From: Escherichia coli O157:H7
Lineage (GTDB): Bacteria > Pseudomonadota > Gammaproteobacteria > Enterobacterales > Enterobacteriaceae
NCBI RefSeq assembly: GCF_013167455.1
Contig: NZ_CP038328.1
Direction: 5' to 3' (one strand)
Length of the DNA stretch: 64,000 nucleotides
Below the pieces are notes generated by a model, which saw only the letters and a program-made list of their open reading frames with translations, was not told where the DNA came from and ran no database searches. Shown here piece after piece: positions 14,609-28,776 of this stretch (position 1 is its first letter; every line of letters starts with the position of its first letter). A program made the position numbers and the translations under genes.

Positions 14609-15651
14609 AAAAATGGTCACGCCACCTGCTCGCGGCGGGTGCTCTGGCACTGGGCATGAGCGCCGCTCACGCCGATGACAACAACACGCTGTATTTCTAC
14701 AACTGGACCGAGTACGTGCCGCCAGGACTGCTTGAACAGTTCACCAAAGAAACCGGTATTAAGGTTATCTATTCGACTTACGAGTCGAACGAAACCATGT
14801 ATGCCAAGCTGAAAACGTACAAAGACGGTGCCTATGACCTGGTGGTTCCTTCAACCTATTACGTCGATAAAATGCGTAAAGAAGGGATGATCCAGAAGAT
14901 CGACAAGTCGAAGTTAACGAACTTCAGCAATCTCGATCCAGACATGCTCAATAAGCCGTTTGACCCGAATAACGATTACTCCATTCCGTATATCTGGGGT
15001 GCGACGGCGATTGGCGTTAACGGTGATGCGGTGGATCCGAAATCTGTCACCAGCTGGGCCGATTTGTGGAAGCCTGAGTACAAAGGCAGCCTGCTGCTGA
15101 CCGACGATGCCCGTGAAGTGTTCCAGATGGCGCTACGTAAGCTGGGCTACTCCGGTAACACCACCGATCCGAAAGAGATTGAAGCTGCATATAACGAGCT
15201 GAAAAAACTGATGCCAAACGTCGCAGCGTTTAACTCCGATAACCCGGCTAACCCGTACATGGAAGGCGAAGTTAACCTCGGCATGATCTGGAACGGTTCT
15301 GCTTTCGTTGCACGCCAGGCGGGTACGCCTATTGACGTGGTGTGGCCGAAAGAAGGCGGCATATTCTGGATGGACAGCCTGGCGATCCCGGCAAATGCCA
15401 AAAACAAAGAAGGCGCGCTGAAATTGATCAACTTCCTGCTGCGCCCGGATGTGGCAAAACAGGTTGCTGAAACTATCGGTTATCCAACGCCAAACCTTGC
15501 GGCGCGTAAGCTGTTAAGTCCAGAAGTGGCGAACGATAAGACGCTCTCCCCGGATGCTGAAACCATTAAAAATGGCGAATGGCAGAATGACGTTGGCGCA
15601 GCCAGCAGCATTTATGAAGAGTATTATCAGAAGCTGAAAGCAGGACGTTAA
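14605..15651 (+). CDS. potD: Spermidine/putrescine periplasmic binding protein PotD
   Basis: 348 aa with signal peptide; recognised as PotD. Confidence 0.95.
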   Translation: MKKWSRHLLAAGALALGMSAAHADDNNTLYFYNWTEYVPPGLLEQFTKETGIKVIYSTYESNETMYAKLKTYKDGAYDLVVPSTYYVDKMRKEGMIQKIDKSKLTNFSNLDPDMLNKPFDPNNDYSIPYIWGATAIGVNGDAVDPKSVTSWADLWKPEYKGSLLLTDDAREVFQMALRKLGYSGNTTDPKEIEAAYNELKKLMPNVAAFNSDNPANPYMEGEVNLGMIWNGSAFVARQAGTPIDVVWPKEGGIFWMDSLAIPANAKNKEGALKLINFLLRPDVAKQVAETIGYPTPNLAARKLLSPEVANDKTLSPDAETIKNGEWQNDVGAASSIYEEYYQKLKAGR

Positions 15652-15660
15652 TTCAGCAAG

Positions 15661-15692
15661 CGGGCGGTGGTATTACCGCCCGTTTTTTAGTT
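15661..15692 (+). terminator. potD intrinsic terminator
   Basis: GCGGGCGGTGGTATTACCGCCCG followed by TTTTTT. Confidence 0.7.
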
Positions 15693-15751
15693 AGCAAGGA
15701 TGTGGCTAATGAGTCAGGACAGTAAAGTTTTATCCCGCTCTTTCGTCGGTA

Positions 15752-15800
15752 TTGTGGTCCGCTTGTAGGCCTGATAAGCGTAGCGCATCAGGCAATGCTT
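15752..15800. repeat. REP element
   Basis: GCCTGATAAGCGTAGCGCATCAGGC palindromic unit. Confidence 0.7.
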
Positions 15801-15806
15801 CCTGCT

Positions 15807-16628
15807 TTATAATCCCTTCAGCAACTTTTCAACAAATTCTGGCACCACCTGGCTTGCCGGGCCGTAATATTTCTCGGCAAATTCATTACCGACCTGACTT
15901 GGTTCAAGATTCAGCTCCACGGTGTGCGCGCCATGCAGTTTCGCTTCGTGAACAAACCCAGCCGCCGGATAAACATGCCCGGAAGTACCAATGGCAATGA
16001 AAATATCGGCCATCGACAACGCCATATAAATTTCATCCATGCCGAGTGGCATTTCGCCAAACCATACTACGTGTGGGCGCAAGGGGGCCGGGAACTGGCA
16101 GCAATGGCATTTATCTTCTGGGGTAACGTCTCCGGTCCAGTCGAGAACCTGACCACTTTGTGAACAACGAACTTTCAGCAGTTCCCCATGCATATGAATC
16201 ACATTGGTATTACCTGCGCGTTCATGCAGGTTGTCTATATTCTGCGTCACCAGCAAAAAGCGATCGCCGAGAGCATCTTGCAGTTTAGCCAGCGCAAGAT
16301 GCGCGGCGTTAGGCTGAATTTCTGGCTGCTGCAGCTGTCGACGACGGGCGTTATAAAACGCTTGCACCAGTTCAGGATCGCGATCGAAACCTTCCGGCGT
16401 TGCCACATCTTCAACCCGATGTTCTTCCCACAGGCCATCTGCGGCGCGAAAGGTACGAATACCTGATTCCGCAGAAATTCCTGCCCCTGTCAGTACGAGT
16501 ACTCTTGGTTTTTCCATTGCTTCCGGCACCACTTTATCTCTGAAAAAAATACGCTGACGCAAACGCTCGCGCAGGCGGCGTTTATTTTTACGAAAACGAC
16601 TTAACCGATGACCCCGACGCGACAGCAT
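15807..16628 (-). CDS. cobB: NAD-dependent protein deacylase CobB (sirtuin)
   Basis: 273 aa; Sir2 motifs [14 protein letters not shown]; ends ...EKLLKGL, about 6 residues shorter than the K-12 protein as I recall it. Confidence 0.9.
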   Translation of the reverse strand: MLSRRGHRLSRFRKNKRRLRERLRQRIFFRDKVVPEAMEKPRVLVLTGAGISAESGIRTFRAADGLWEEHRVEDVATPEGFDRDPELVQAFYNARRRQLQQPEIQPNAAHLALAKLQDALGDRFLLVTQNIDNLHERAGNTNVIHMHGELLKVRCSQSGQVLDWTGDVTPEDKCHCCQFPAPLRPHVVWFGEMPLGMDEIYMALSMADIFIAIGTSGHVYPAAGFVHEAKLHGAHTVELNLEPSQVGNEFAEKYYGPASQVVPEFVEKLLKGL

Positions 16629-16643
16629 AGCAACCTCTGTTGT

Positions 16644-17555
16644 TTAATCGGTTAGATGTAGGAAGGCCGCACCACGCATTCCTCCCGCATCACCGTGGCG
16701 CGCGCGTTCAATGCGCGGAACACGAGCTACAGGTAAGAGATGACGAGGCAGCCTGTCCGCCAGTTGCGTTGTGATTGCCGGGAAATTCGATAAGCCACCA
16801 CCAATGACGACCAGGTCAGGGTCAACAATGGTCAGGATATTTCCCAGACAAACCGCTAATAAATCCAGATAACGCTCAACGTGCGCCCTTGCCTGCTCAT
16901 CGCCTTGATCATAAAGCGCAATAATTTCGGGAGCCGGCAACGGTTGATGATAATAGTGTTGATACAGCCACGCAAAACCGCGACCAGACAGATAATTTTC
17001 AATGCAGCCATGCTGACCACAGCCGCAGCGGCGTAACGGGAAATCCAGCCCCATCATGGTTAACGCATCAACCGGCAGACGCATATGGCCAAACTCGCCG
17101 GTAATGTAGCTTTTCCCGGTAATCGGTTTGCCGTTGAAAATCAGCCCGCCGCCAACGCCGGTGCCGAGAATCAACCCCATCACCAACGGATATTGCGTAA
17201 ATTCGTCATCCCAGGCTTCTGAAAGGGCAAAACAGTTGGCATCGTTATCAAGGCGTACATCGCGATCAAGACGTGCGCTCAGGTCGGCACGCAGCGGTTT
17301 ACCGCTGGCAGCAGGGACATTGGCGGCATACAGCGTACCATCTTCTGTTTCCGGCATTCCCGGAATACCGATGCCGACAGAGCCTTTACAGCCAAAACGT
17401 TGATCAGCTTCGGCTACCAGCTCGCACACTGCATCTAAAAATGCGTCATAGCTGTCACGCGGTGTCGGCACCCGCTTTTCCCACTGCAACTGCCGACCGC
17501 TATCAAACACGCCAAGCGCAATTTTTGTTCCACCAATATCAAACCCGTAATACAT
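16644..17555 (-). CDS. nagK: N-acetyl-D-glucosamine kinase NagK
   Basis: ROK-family kinase; start taken at [18 protein letters not shown]. Confidence 0.9.
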
Positions 17556-17583
17556 TGCCGCTCCTTGTTTTAATGTACTGCCT

Positions 17584-20832
<3,249 letters not shown>

Positions 20833-20982
20833 TCAATCGGCTAAATTGCCATGTTTTATCATCAATCTTGCCGCCTGATCTTAATCTGAAAAATCATCCA
20901 ATACAGACAGATACCCATTACACCTCGGGTCATAACCCGCAGGATCAACCGCATGTAAATTAAAAAAGAGCGTGTTGTCCTG

Positions 20983-22056
20983 ATGAAACAAAAAGAGCTA
21001 TGGATTAACCAGATCAAAGGGTTATGTATTTGTCTGGTGGTGATTTATCACTCGGTCATTACCTTTTATCCGCATATGACCACTTTTCAGCATCCGTTAT
21101 CGGAAGTCCTGAGCAAATGCTGGATCTATTTCAATCTTTACCTTGCACCCTTTCGTATGCCGGTTTTTTTCTTTATATCCGGCTATTTGATTCGCCGCTA
21201 TATCGACAGCGTACCGTGGGGAAATTGTCTCGATAAACGGATCTGGAACATCTTCTGGGTGCTGGCGCTTTGGGGCGTGGTGCAGTGGCTGGCGTTAAGT
21301 GCGCTGAACCAGTGGCTGGCACCTGAGCGCGATTTAAGCAATGCCTCCAATGCCGCGTATGCCGATTCCACCGGTGAGTTCCTGCACGGGATGATCACCG
21401 CCAGCACCAGCTTGTGGTATCTGTATGCGTTAATTGTCTATTTCGTGGTATGTAAAATTTTTAGCCGTCTGGCGCTGCCACTATTCGCCTTGTTTGTACT
21501 GCTGAGTGTGGCGGTTAATTTCGTTCCCACGCCGTGGTGGGGAATGAACAGTGTGATCCGCAATTTGCCTTATTACAGCCTTGGTGCATGGTTTGGCGCA
21601 ACAATAATGACCTGTGTTAAAGAGGTGCCGTTGCGCCGCCATCTGCTGATGGCTTCTTTGCTGGCTGCTCTGGCGGTCGGTGCCTGGTTGTTTACTATCT
21701 CGCTGCTGTTGTCGCTGGTGTCGATTGTGGTGATCATGAAGTTGTTTTATCAGTATGAACAACGTTTTGGCATGCGTTCCACCAGTCTGCTGAATGTGAT
21801 TGGCTCCAACACTATTGCTATCTACACTACCCATAGAATTCTGGTAGAGATATTCAGCTTAACTCTGCTTGCGCAAATGAACGCAGCACGCTGGTCGCCG
21901 CAAGTCGAACTGACACTCCTGCTGGTTTACCCCTTTGTTAGTTTGTTCATCTGTACTGTTGCGGGCTTGCTGGTAAGAAAACTTTCACAGCGAGCATTCA
22001 GCGATCTGTTGTTCTCCCCGCCTTCACTGCCCGTTGCCGTCAGTTACTCCCGCTAA
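20983..22056 (+). CDS. ycfT: Inner membrane acyltransferase-family protein YcfT
   Basis: 357-aa polytopic membrane protein; recognised as YcfT. Confidence 0.85.
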   Translation: MKQKELWINQIKGLCICLVVIYHSVITFYPHMTTFQHPLSEVLSKCWIYFNLYLAPFRMPVFFFISGYLIRRYIDSVPWGNCLDKRIWNIFWVLALWGVVQWLALSALNQWLAPERDLSNASNAAYADSTGEFLHGMITASTSLWYLYALIVYFVVCKIFSRLALPLFALFVLLSVAVNFVPTPWWGMNSVIRNLPYYSLGAWFGATIMTCVKEVPLRRHLLMASLLAALAVGAWLFTISLLLSLVSIVVIMKLFYQYEQRFGMRSTSLLNVIGSNTIAIYTTHRILVEIFSLTLLAQMNAARWSPQVELTLLLVYPFVSLFICTVAGLLVRKLSQRAFSDLLFSPPSLPVAVSYSR

Positions 22057-22183
22057 GCCATCGCCCCAGCCGGGGCGATTCAATTTGCTAAACCATGTCG
22101 ATTACGGATAATGAACAGCATTGCTTATCAGAGATATGCCCCCATATGTTGAGGCATATCCTAACGAGAATCTGACAACCGTT

Positions 22184-25100
22184 ATGCCTGAACAATATCG
22201 TTATACGCTGCCCGTCAAAGCGGGTGAGCAGCGTCTGCTGGGCGAGTTAACCGGCGCTGCCTGCGCGACGCTGGTAGCGGAAATTGCCGAACGTCACGCC
22301 GGACCGGTGGTGCTTATTGCGCCAGATATGCAAAATGCCCTGCGTTTGCATGATGAAATTAGCCAGTTTACCGACCAGATGGTGATGAATCTGGCGGACT
22401 GGGAAACCCTCCCTTACGACAGTTTTTCGCCTCATCAGGACATTATCTCCTCGCGCCTTTCCACCCTTTACCAGCTACCGACAATGCAGCGTGGCGTACT
22501 GATTGTTCCGGTGAATACACTTATGCAGCGCGTTTGCCCGCACAGTTTTCTCCACGGTCATGCGCTGGTGATGGAAAAAGGTCAGCGCCTGTCACGAGAT
22601 GCATTACGAACCCAACTGGATAGCGCCGGTTATCGCCATGTTGACCAGGTGATGGAGCACGGCGAATACGCCACGCGCGGCGCGTTGCTGGATCTCTTCC
22701 CGATGGGGAGTGAGTTGCCTTATCGTCTTGATTTCTTTGATGATGAAATCGACAGTCTGCGGGTGTTTGACGTCGACAGTCAGCGCACGCTGGAGGAAGT
22801 AGAAGCGATCAACCTGCTGCCTGCGCACGAATTTCCGACCGATAAAGCGGCGATTGAACTGTTCCGCAGCCAGTGGCGCGATACCTTCGAAGTGAAGCGC
22901 GATCCGGAACATATTTACCAGCAAGTGAGTAAAGGCACATTACCTGCCGGGATCGAGTACTGGCAGCCATTGTTCTTCAGCGAACCACTGCCGCCGCTGT
23001 TCAGTTATTTCCCTGCCAATACCTTGCTGGTGAATACTGGCGATCTGGAAAACAGTGCCGAACGTTTCCAGGCTGACACGCTGGCGCGTTTTGAGAATCG
23101 CGGCGTCGATCCGATGCGCCCACTGTTGCCACCACAATCGCTCTGGCTGCGGGTGGACGAGCTCTTCTCAGAGCTGAAAAACTGGCCCCGAGTGCAGCTA
23201 AAAACTGAACATTTACCGACAAAAGCCGCGAATGCCAATTTAGGTTTCCAGAAACTGCCAGACCTGGCCGTTCAGGCACAACAAAAAGCGCCGCTGGATG
23301 CGCTGCGTAAGTTCCTCGAGTCTTTCGACGGTCCGGTGGTGTTCTCGGTAGAAAGTGAAGGCCGCCGTGAAGCGCTGGGTGAACTGCTCGCGCGAATTAA
23401 AATTGCTCCGCAACGCATTATGCGTCTTGATGAAGCCAGCGACCGTGGGCGTTATCTGATGATTGGCGCTGCAGAGCATGGTTTTGTCGATACGGTACGT
23501 AATCTGGCGCTGATTTGCGAAAGCGATCTGCTCGGTGAACGCGTTGCCCGTCGTCGTCAGGATTCTCGCCGCACCATCAACCCCGATACACTGATCCGTA
23601 ACCTCGCGGAACTGCATATTGGTCAGCCGGTGGTCCATCTGGAGCACGGCGTCGGGCGCTATGCCGGAATGACCACGCTGGAAGCAGGCGGCATTACCGG
23701 CGAGTATCTGATGCTCACCTATGCCAACGACGCCAAATTGTATGTTCCGGTGTCGTCGCTGCATCTGATTAGCCGTTACGCGGGTGGTGCGGAAGAAAAT
23801 GCCCCGCTGCATAAACTTGGCGGCGATGCGTGGTCACGCGCGCGGCAGAAAGCGGCGGAAAAAGTGCGTGATGTGGCGGCGGAATTGCTGGATATCTACG
23901 CGCAACGCGCCGCCAAAGAGGGCTTCGCGTTTAAACACGATCGTGAGCAGTATCAGTTGTTCTGCGACAGCTTCCCGTTTGAAACCACGCCGGATCAGGC
24001 GCAGGCCATTAATGCGGTACTTAGCGACATGTGTCAGCCGCTGGCAATGGATCGTCTGGTGTGCGGCGATGTTGGCTTTGGTAAAACAGAAGTGGCGATG
24101 CGCGCCGCTTTCCTGGCAGTAGATAACCACAAGCAGGTGGCGGTGCTGGTGCCTACCACCCTTCTCGCGCAGCAGCATTACGACAACTTCCGCGACCGTT
24201 TCGCCAACTGGCCGGTACGTATCGAAATGCTCTCCCGTTTCCGCAGCGCCAAAGAGCAGACGCAAATCCTTGCGGAAGTGGCGGAAGGGAAAATCGATAT
24301 TCTGATCGGTACGCACAAACTGCTGCAAAGTGACGTCAAGTTTAAAGATTTAGGCCTGCTGATTGTCGATGAAGAACACCGCTTCGGGGTGCGTCATAAA
24401 GAGCGCATTAAAGCGATGCGCGCGAACGTGGATATTCTGACGCTTACTGCAACGCCGATCCCACGTACGCTGAATATGGCAATGAGCGGAATGCGTGACC
24501 TATCGATTATCGCCACGCCGCCCGCCCGTCGTCTGGCAGTTAAAACCTTTGTCCGTGAGTATGACAGCCTGGTGGTCCGCGAGGCGATCCTGCGTGAAAT
24601 TTTGCGCGGAGGACAGGTTTATTATCTCTACAATGATGTGGAAAACATTCAGAAAGCCGCCGAACGGCTGGCAGAACTGGTGCCAGAAGCGCGGATCGCC
24701 ATCGGTCACGGGCAGATGCGCGAGCGCGAACTGGAACGGGTGATGAATGATTTCCATCATCAACGTTTCAACGTGCTGGTTTGTACAACCATTATCGAAA
24801 CCGGGATCGACATCCCGACAGCCAACACCATTATCATTGAACGCGCGGATCACTTCGGTCTGGCGCAACTGCACCAGTTACGCGGTCGCGTCGGACGTTC
24901 GCATCATCAGGCATATGCATGGCTGCTGACGCCGCATCCAAAAGCGATGACTACCGATGCACAAAAACGTCTTGAAGCGATTGCCTCGCTGGAAGATCTC
25001 GGGGCAGGTTTTGCGCTGGCAACGCACGATCTGGAGATTCGCGGCGCGGGTGAACTGCTTGGCGAAGAACAAAGCGGCTCAATGGAAACCATCGGTTTCT

Positions 25101-25630
25101 CGCTGTATATGGAGTTGCTGGAAAACGCCGTCGATGCACTGAAAGCCGGACGCGAGCCGTCGCTGGAAGATCTCACCAGCCAGCAAACAGAAGTCGAGCT
25201 GCGGATGCCGTCGCTATTGCCAGATGATTTCATTCCTGACGTGAATACGCGTCTGTCGTTCTATAAACGTATTGCCAGCGCCAAAACGGAAAACGAACTG
25301 GAAGAGATCAAAGTCGAGCTTATCGATCGCTTCGGCCTGCTGCCGGATCCGGCGCGTACCCTGCTGGATATTGCCCGTCTACGCCAGCAAGCGCAGAAAC
25401 TGGGGATCAGGAAGCTGGAAGGTAATGAGAAAGGCGGCGTGATCGAATTTGCCGAGAAGAATCACGTTAATCCGGCCTGGTTGATTGGTTTGCTGCAAAA
25501 ACAGCCGCAGCATTACCGCCTTGATGGTCCGACGCGCCTGAAATTTATTCAGGATTTGAGTGAGCGGAAAACGCGTATCGAATGGGTACGCCAGTTTATG
25601 CGTGAACTGGAAGAAAACGCGATCGCTTAA
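22184..25630 (+). CDS. mfd: Transcription-repair coupling factor Mfd
   Basis: Start at MPEQYRYTLP gives 1148 aa; helicase motifs GDVGFGKTEVA, DEEHRFG. Confidence 0.95.
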   Translation: MPEQYRYTLPVKAGEQRLLGELTGAACATLVAEIAERHAGPVVLIAPDMQNALRLHDEISQFTDQMVMNLADWETLPYDSFSPHQDIISSRLSTLYQLPTMQRGVLIVPVNTLMQRVCPHSFLHGHALVMEKGQRLSRDALRTQLDSAGYRHVDQVMEHGEYATRGALLDLFPMGSELPYRLDFFDDEIDSLRVFDVDSQRTLEEVEAINLLPAHEFPTDKAAIELFRSQWRDTFEVKRDPEHIYQQVSKGTLPAGIEYWQPLFFSEPLPPLFSYFPANTLLVNTGDLENSAERFQADTLARFENRGVDPMRPLLPPQSLWLRVDELFSELKNWPRVQLKTEHLPTKAANANLGFQKLPDLAVQAQQKAPLDALRKFLESFDGPVVFSVESEGRREALGELLARIKIAPQRIMRLDEASDRGRYLMIGAAEHGFVDTVRNLALICESDLLGERVARRRQDSRRTINPDTLIRNLAELHIGQPVVHLEHGVGRYAGMTTLEAGGITGEYLMLTYANDAKLYVPVSSLHLISRYAGGAEENAPLHKLGGDAWSRARQKAAEKVRDVAAELLDIYAQRAAKEGFAFKHDREQYQLFCDSFPFETTPDQAQAINAVLSDMCQPLAMDRLVCGDVGFGKTEVAMRAAFLAVDNHKQVAVLVPTTLLAQQHYDNFRDRFANWPVRIEMLSRFRSAKEQTQILAEVAEGKIDILIGTHKLLQSDVKFKDLGLLIVDEEHRFGVRHKERIKAMRANVDILTLTATPIPRTLNMAMSGMRDLSIIATPPARRLAVKTFVREYDSLVVREAILREILRGGQVYYLYNDVENIQKAAERLAELVPEARIAIGHGQMRERELERVMNDFHHQRFNVLVCTTIIETGIDIPTANTIIIERADHFGLAQLHQLRGRVGRSHHQAYAWLLTPHPKAMTTDAQKRLEAIASLEDLGAGFALATHDLEIRGAGELLGEEQSGSMETIGFSLYMELLENAVDALKAGREPSLEDLTSQQTEVELRMPSLLPDDFIPDVNTRLSFYKRIASAKTENELEEIKVELIDRFGLLPDPARTLLDIARLRQQAQKLGIRKLEGNEKGGVIEFAEKNHVNPAWLIGLLQKQPQHYRLDGPTRLKFIQDLSERKTRIEWVRQFMRELEENAIA

Positions 25631-25770
25631 TGGTAAATCGGGGGCGTTTCTGCGCCCCCATCTGCAACATTTACAAATTCTTTGCACTTCCCTGCACTAT
25701 CCGACACTGTCACCATCCATAATTCAGGCTTATCTGTTTATTACAATAACCTTATATTTATTATGGATTT

Positions 25771-26736
25771 TTGGTGATGATCAAAACGCGTTTTTCTCGC
25801 TGGCTAACGTTTTTTACGTTCGCCGCTGCCGTGGCGCTGGCGCTACCGGCAAAAGCCAACACCTGGCCGCTGCCGCCAGCGGGCAGTCGTCTGGTTGGCG
25901 AAAACAAATTTCATGTGGTGGAAAATGACGGTGGTTCTCTGGAAGCCATCGCCAAAAAATATAACGTCGGCTTTCTCGCTCTATTACAGGCTAACCCCGG
26001 CGTTGATCCTTACGTACCGCGCGCGGGCAGCGTGTTAACGATCCCGTTGCAAACCCTACTTCCAGACGCGCCGCGCGAAGGCATTGTGATCAACATTGCG
26101 GAGCTTCGTCTCTATTACTACCCGCCGGGTAAAAATTCGGTAACCGTGTATCCAATAGGTATTGGTCAGTTAGGTGGTGACACGCTGACACCGACAATGG
26201 TGACCACCGTTTCTGACAAGCGTGCAAACCCAACCTGGACGCCAACGGCAAACATTCGCGCGCGGTATAAGGCACAAGGAATTGAGTTGCCTGCGGTAGT
26301 GCCGGCTGGACCGGATAATCCAATGGGCCATCATGCGATTCGTCTGGCGGCCTATGGCGGCGTTTATTTGCTTCACGGTACGAACGCCGATTTCGGCATT
26401 GGCATGCGGGTAAGTTCTGGCTGTATTCGTCTGCGGGATGACGATATCAAAACACTCTTTAGCCAGGTCACCCCAGGCACCAAAGTGAATATCATCAACA
26501 CTCCGATAAAAGTCTCTGCCGAACCAAACGGTGCGCGTCTGGTTGAAGTACATCAGCCGCTGTCAGAGAAGATTGATGACGATCCGCAGCTGCTGCCAAT
26601 TACGCTGAATAGCGCAATGCAATCATTTAAAGATGCAGCACAAACTGACGCTGAAGTGATGCAACATGTGATGGATGTCCGTTCCGGGATGCCGGTGGAT
26701 GTCCGCCGTCATCAAGTGAGCCCACAAACGCTGTAA
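25771..26736 (+). CDS. ldtC: L,D-transpeptidase LdtC (YcfS)
   Basis: Signal peptide, LysM-like segment, YkuD catalytic HGT...SSGCIRL. Confidence 0.9.
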   Translation: MVMIKTRFSRWLTFFTFAAAVALALPAKANTWPLPPAGSRLVGENKFHVVENDGGSLEAIAKKYNVGFLALLQANPGVDPYVPRAGSVLTIPLQTLLPDAPREGIVINIAELRLYYYPPGKNSVTVYPIGIGQLGGDTLTPTMVTTVSDKRANPTWTPTANIRARYKAQGIELPAVVPAGPDNPMGHHAIRLAAYGGVYLLHGTNADFGIGMRVSSGCIRLRDDDIKTLFSQVTPGTKVNIINTPIKVSAEPNGARLVEVHQPLSEKIDDDPQLLPITLNSAMQSFKDAAQTDAEVMQHVMDVRSGMPVDVRRHQVSPQTL

Positions 26737-26747
26737 ATCCTGGATAA

Positions 26748-26790
26748 AAAAAATCCCCGCGACACGGCATGTCGCGGGGAAAAAATCAGC
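26748..26790 (-). terminator. Intrinsic terminator between ldtC and bhsA (strongest on minus strand)
   Basis: CCCCGCGACACGGCATGTCGCGGGG palindrome flanked by A/T runs. Confidence 0.7.
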
Positions 26791-26818
26791 AGTAGCAGGC
26801 ATTAATGAGGGTTAATGC

Positions 26819-27076
26819 TTATTTATAAATTACTGCTGTTCCATGGAGGGTATTCGGACCGGTTACAGAAGTAATACGGAAAGATTTTGCGCCCATCTCA
26901 TCCGCTTTTTGCGCCAGCTGCTCTTCCAGCGATCCCAGATTTGTCCCCGCGTTAGCACTGATTGTACCGACTTTTTGTTGGCCTTCTGGCGTTGACTGAA
27001 CTTCGACAGCCGCAAAGCTGGCAAATGACATGGAGCTTAAAATCGCCGCAGCGATGAGGGTTTTTACGTTTTTCAT
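26819..27076 (-). CDS. bhsA: Multiple stress resistance protein BhsA (YcfR)
   Basis: 85 aa with signal peptide; recognised as BhsA. Confidence 0.9.
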   Translation of the reverse strand: MKNVKTLIAAAILSSMSFASFAAVEVQSTPEGQQKVGTISANAGTNLGSLEEQLAQKADEMGAKSFRITSVTGPNTLHGTAVIYK

Positions 27077-27316
27077 AATAGTGGCCTTATGCAGATGAAT
27101 GACGTCGCAAGCAATTACTTAACGATCGATAACTAAATGATAGATGTGATCTGGATCACATACAAGATATTTTTTATAACAATCATTAATTAATTTAAAA
27201 ATCTTTAAATTTCAGTTAAATAGAAAGCAATTATTTTTATGGGATCTGGACTGGTGAACGGAGGTGATTATTTTTATAATAACCTTTCATTCACAGTCAC
27301 CAGGTACAACGGCATC

Positions 27317-27949
27317 ATGGCAACTGACTCAACACAATGTGTAAAAAAAAGCCGTGGCCGCCCAAAAGTGTTCGACAGGGATGCCGCGCTTGATAAGGCC
27401 ATGAAATTGTTCTGGCAACACGGTTATGAAGCGACTTCTCTTGCGGACCTCGTCGAAGCGACCGGAGCCAAAGCGCCCACGCTATACGCGGAATTTACCA
27501 ACAAAGAGGGGTTATTTCGTGCCGTTCTCGACCGCTATATCGATCGTTTTGCCGCTAAGCATGAAGCACAGCTGTTTTGTGAAGAGAAAAGCGTGGAGTC
27601 TGCGCTGGCTGACTATTTTGCTGCCATCGCCAACTGCTTTACCGGCAAAGACACCCCGGCAGGCTGCTTCATGATCAACAACTGCACCACCCTCTCCCCA
27701 GATTCAGGAGATATCGCCAATACGTTGAAATCACGCCATGCGATGCAAGAGCGCACTTTGCAGCAGTTTTTATGTCAACGACAAGCGCGCGGGGAAATCC
27801 CGACCCACTGTGACGTGACACATCTGGCAGAATTCCTTAATTGTATTATTCAGGGGATGTCGATCAGCGCACGCGAAGGTGCATCGTTGGAAAAACTGAT
27901 GCAGATTGCCGGAACGACTTTGCGTTTATGGCCCGAACTGGTGAAATAA
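27317..27949 (+). CDS. comR: TetR-family repressor ComR (YcfQ)
   Basis: Start at MATDSTQCVKKSRGRPK gives 210 aa; TetR HTH. Confidence 0.9.
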   Translation: MATDSTQCVKKSRGRPKVFDRDAALDKAMKLFWQHGYEATSLADLVEATGAKAPTLYAEFTNKEGLFRAVLDRYIDRFAAKHEAQLFCEEKSVESALADYFAAIANCFTGKDTPAGCFMINNCTTLSPDSGDIANTLKSRHAMQERTLQQFLCQRQARGEIPTHCDVTHLAEFLNCIIQGMSISAREGASLEKLMQIAGTTLRLWPELVK

Positions 27950-27957
27950 GTCGCAAA

Positions 27958-27995
27958 AAAAGCCCCTCAGCCTGAGCGAATGAGGGGCCAAATTG
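27958..27995 (-). terminator. Intrinsic terminator downstream of ycfJ
   Basis: GCCCCTCAGCCTGAGCGAATGAGGGGC hairpin with T7 run on minus strand. Confidence 0.65.
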
Positions 27996-28010
27996 CAGAG
28001 TACAGCCTTG

Positions 28011-28550
28011 TTATACTTTGTTATTCAAAATCAGTTGCCCGTTACTATCTAGCGGGATCTGCGTACCCGGATCGCGGTCCATGCGGATTTTGCCCTGCTG
28101 ATCGCCAATCTTATAGGTCACATCATAACCGAGCATTTTTTCTGACTTGTCATACACCGTTTTACAACGCTGTTGCGTAGTCGTGTAAGTATCGCTTTCC
28201 TGGAGAGAGCCCTGGATCTGGTTACCGGCATATCCACCACCCAGCGCCCCCACAACAGTGGCGACATCTTTACCACGACCACCACCAAACTGATGCCCTA
28301 TCACGCCGCCAGCAACAGCGCCGAGCACCGACCCGGTAATGCGATGTTCATCCTGCACCGGTCGACGATGGGTCACTGTGACGTTGCGACACTCCTGACG
28401 CGGTGTTTTAACCGTTTCCTTGATTGGGGTTGCAGAAACAACCTGAGCGTATTGCGGGCCACGTTCAAACACGTTCAGACTGGCCACTGCCGCTACGCCA
28501 AGCGCAGCTGCGACACCAATCCCGATACCCGCCAACATTGATTTATTCAC
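28011..28550 (-). CDS. ycfJ: Glycine-zipper surface protein YcfJ
   Basis: Start at MNKSMLAGIGIGVAAALG gives 179 aa. Confidence 0.85.
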   Translation of the reverse strand: MNKSMLAGIGIGVAAALGVAAVASLNVFERGPQYAQVVSATPIKETVKTPRQECRNVTVTHRRPVQDEHRITGSVLGAVAGGVIGHQFGGGRGKDVATVVGALGGGYAGNQIQGSLQESDTYTTTQQRCKTVYDKSEKMLGYDVTYKIGDQQGKIRMDRDPGTQIPLDSNGQLILNNKV

Positions 28551-28659
28551 GGGAATACCTCCTTCTTTGCAGTTATGCCAATCATGCAAGCGAAGGAGAA
28601 AAGCAGCTATCAGACAGAAGATGAAAAGCGCGGGAATGGCTGGAAATACTTAAGGATTC

Positions 28660-28765
28660 GGAGGAGTCTGAAGGAATGCCTGATGCGACGCTTAACGCGT
28701 CTTATCAGGCCTACCGCTCGTACCATTTGTCCAGGGCGGATGAGGCGTTTATGCCACATCCGCCA
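28660..28765. repeat. REP elements (BIME)
   Basis: GCCTGATGCGACGCTTAACGCGTCTTATCAGGCCTAC and a second unit. Confidence 0.65.
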
Positions 28766-28776
28766 GTGTACGTCGA

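Noticed and set aside
23240-24328. Minus-strand ORFs of 190 and 164 aa inside mfd
   Set aside because: Antisense to mfd, which is full length and conserved on the plus strand.
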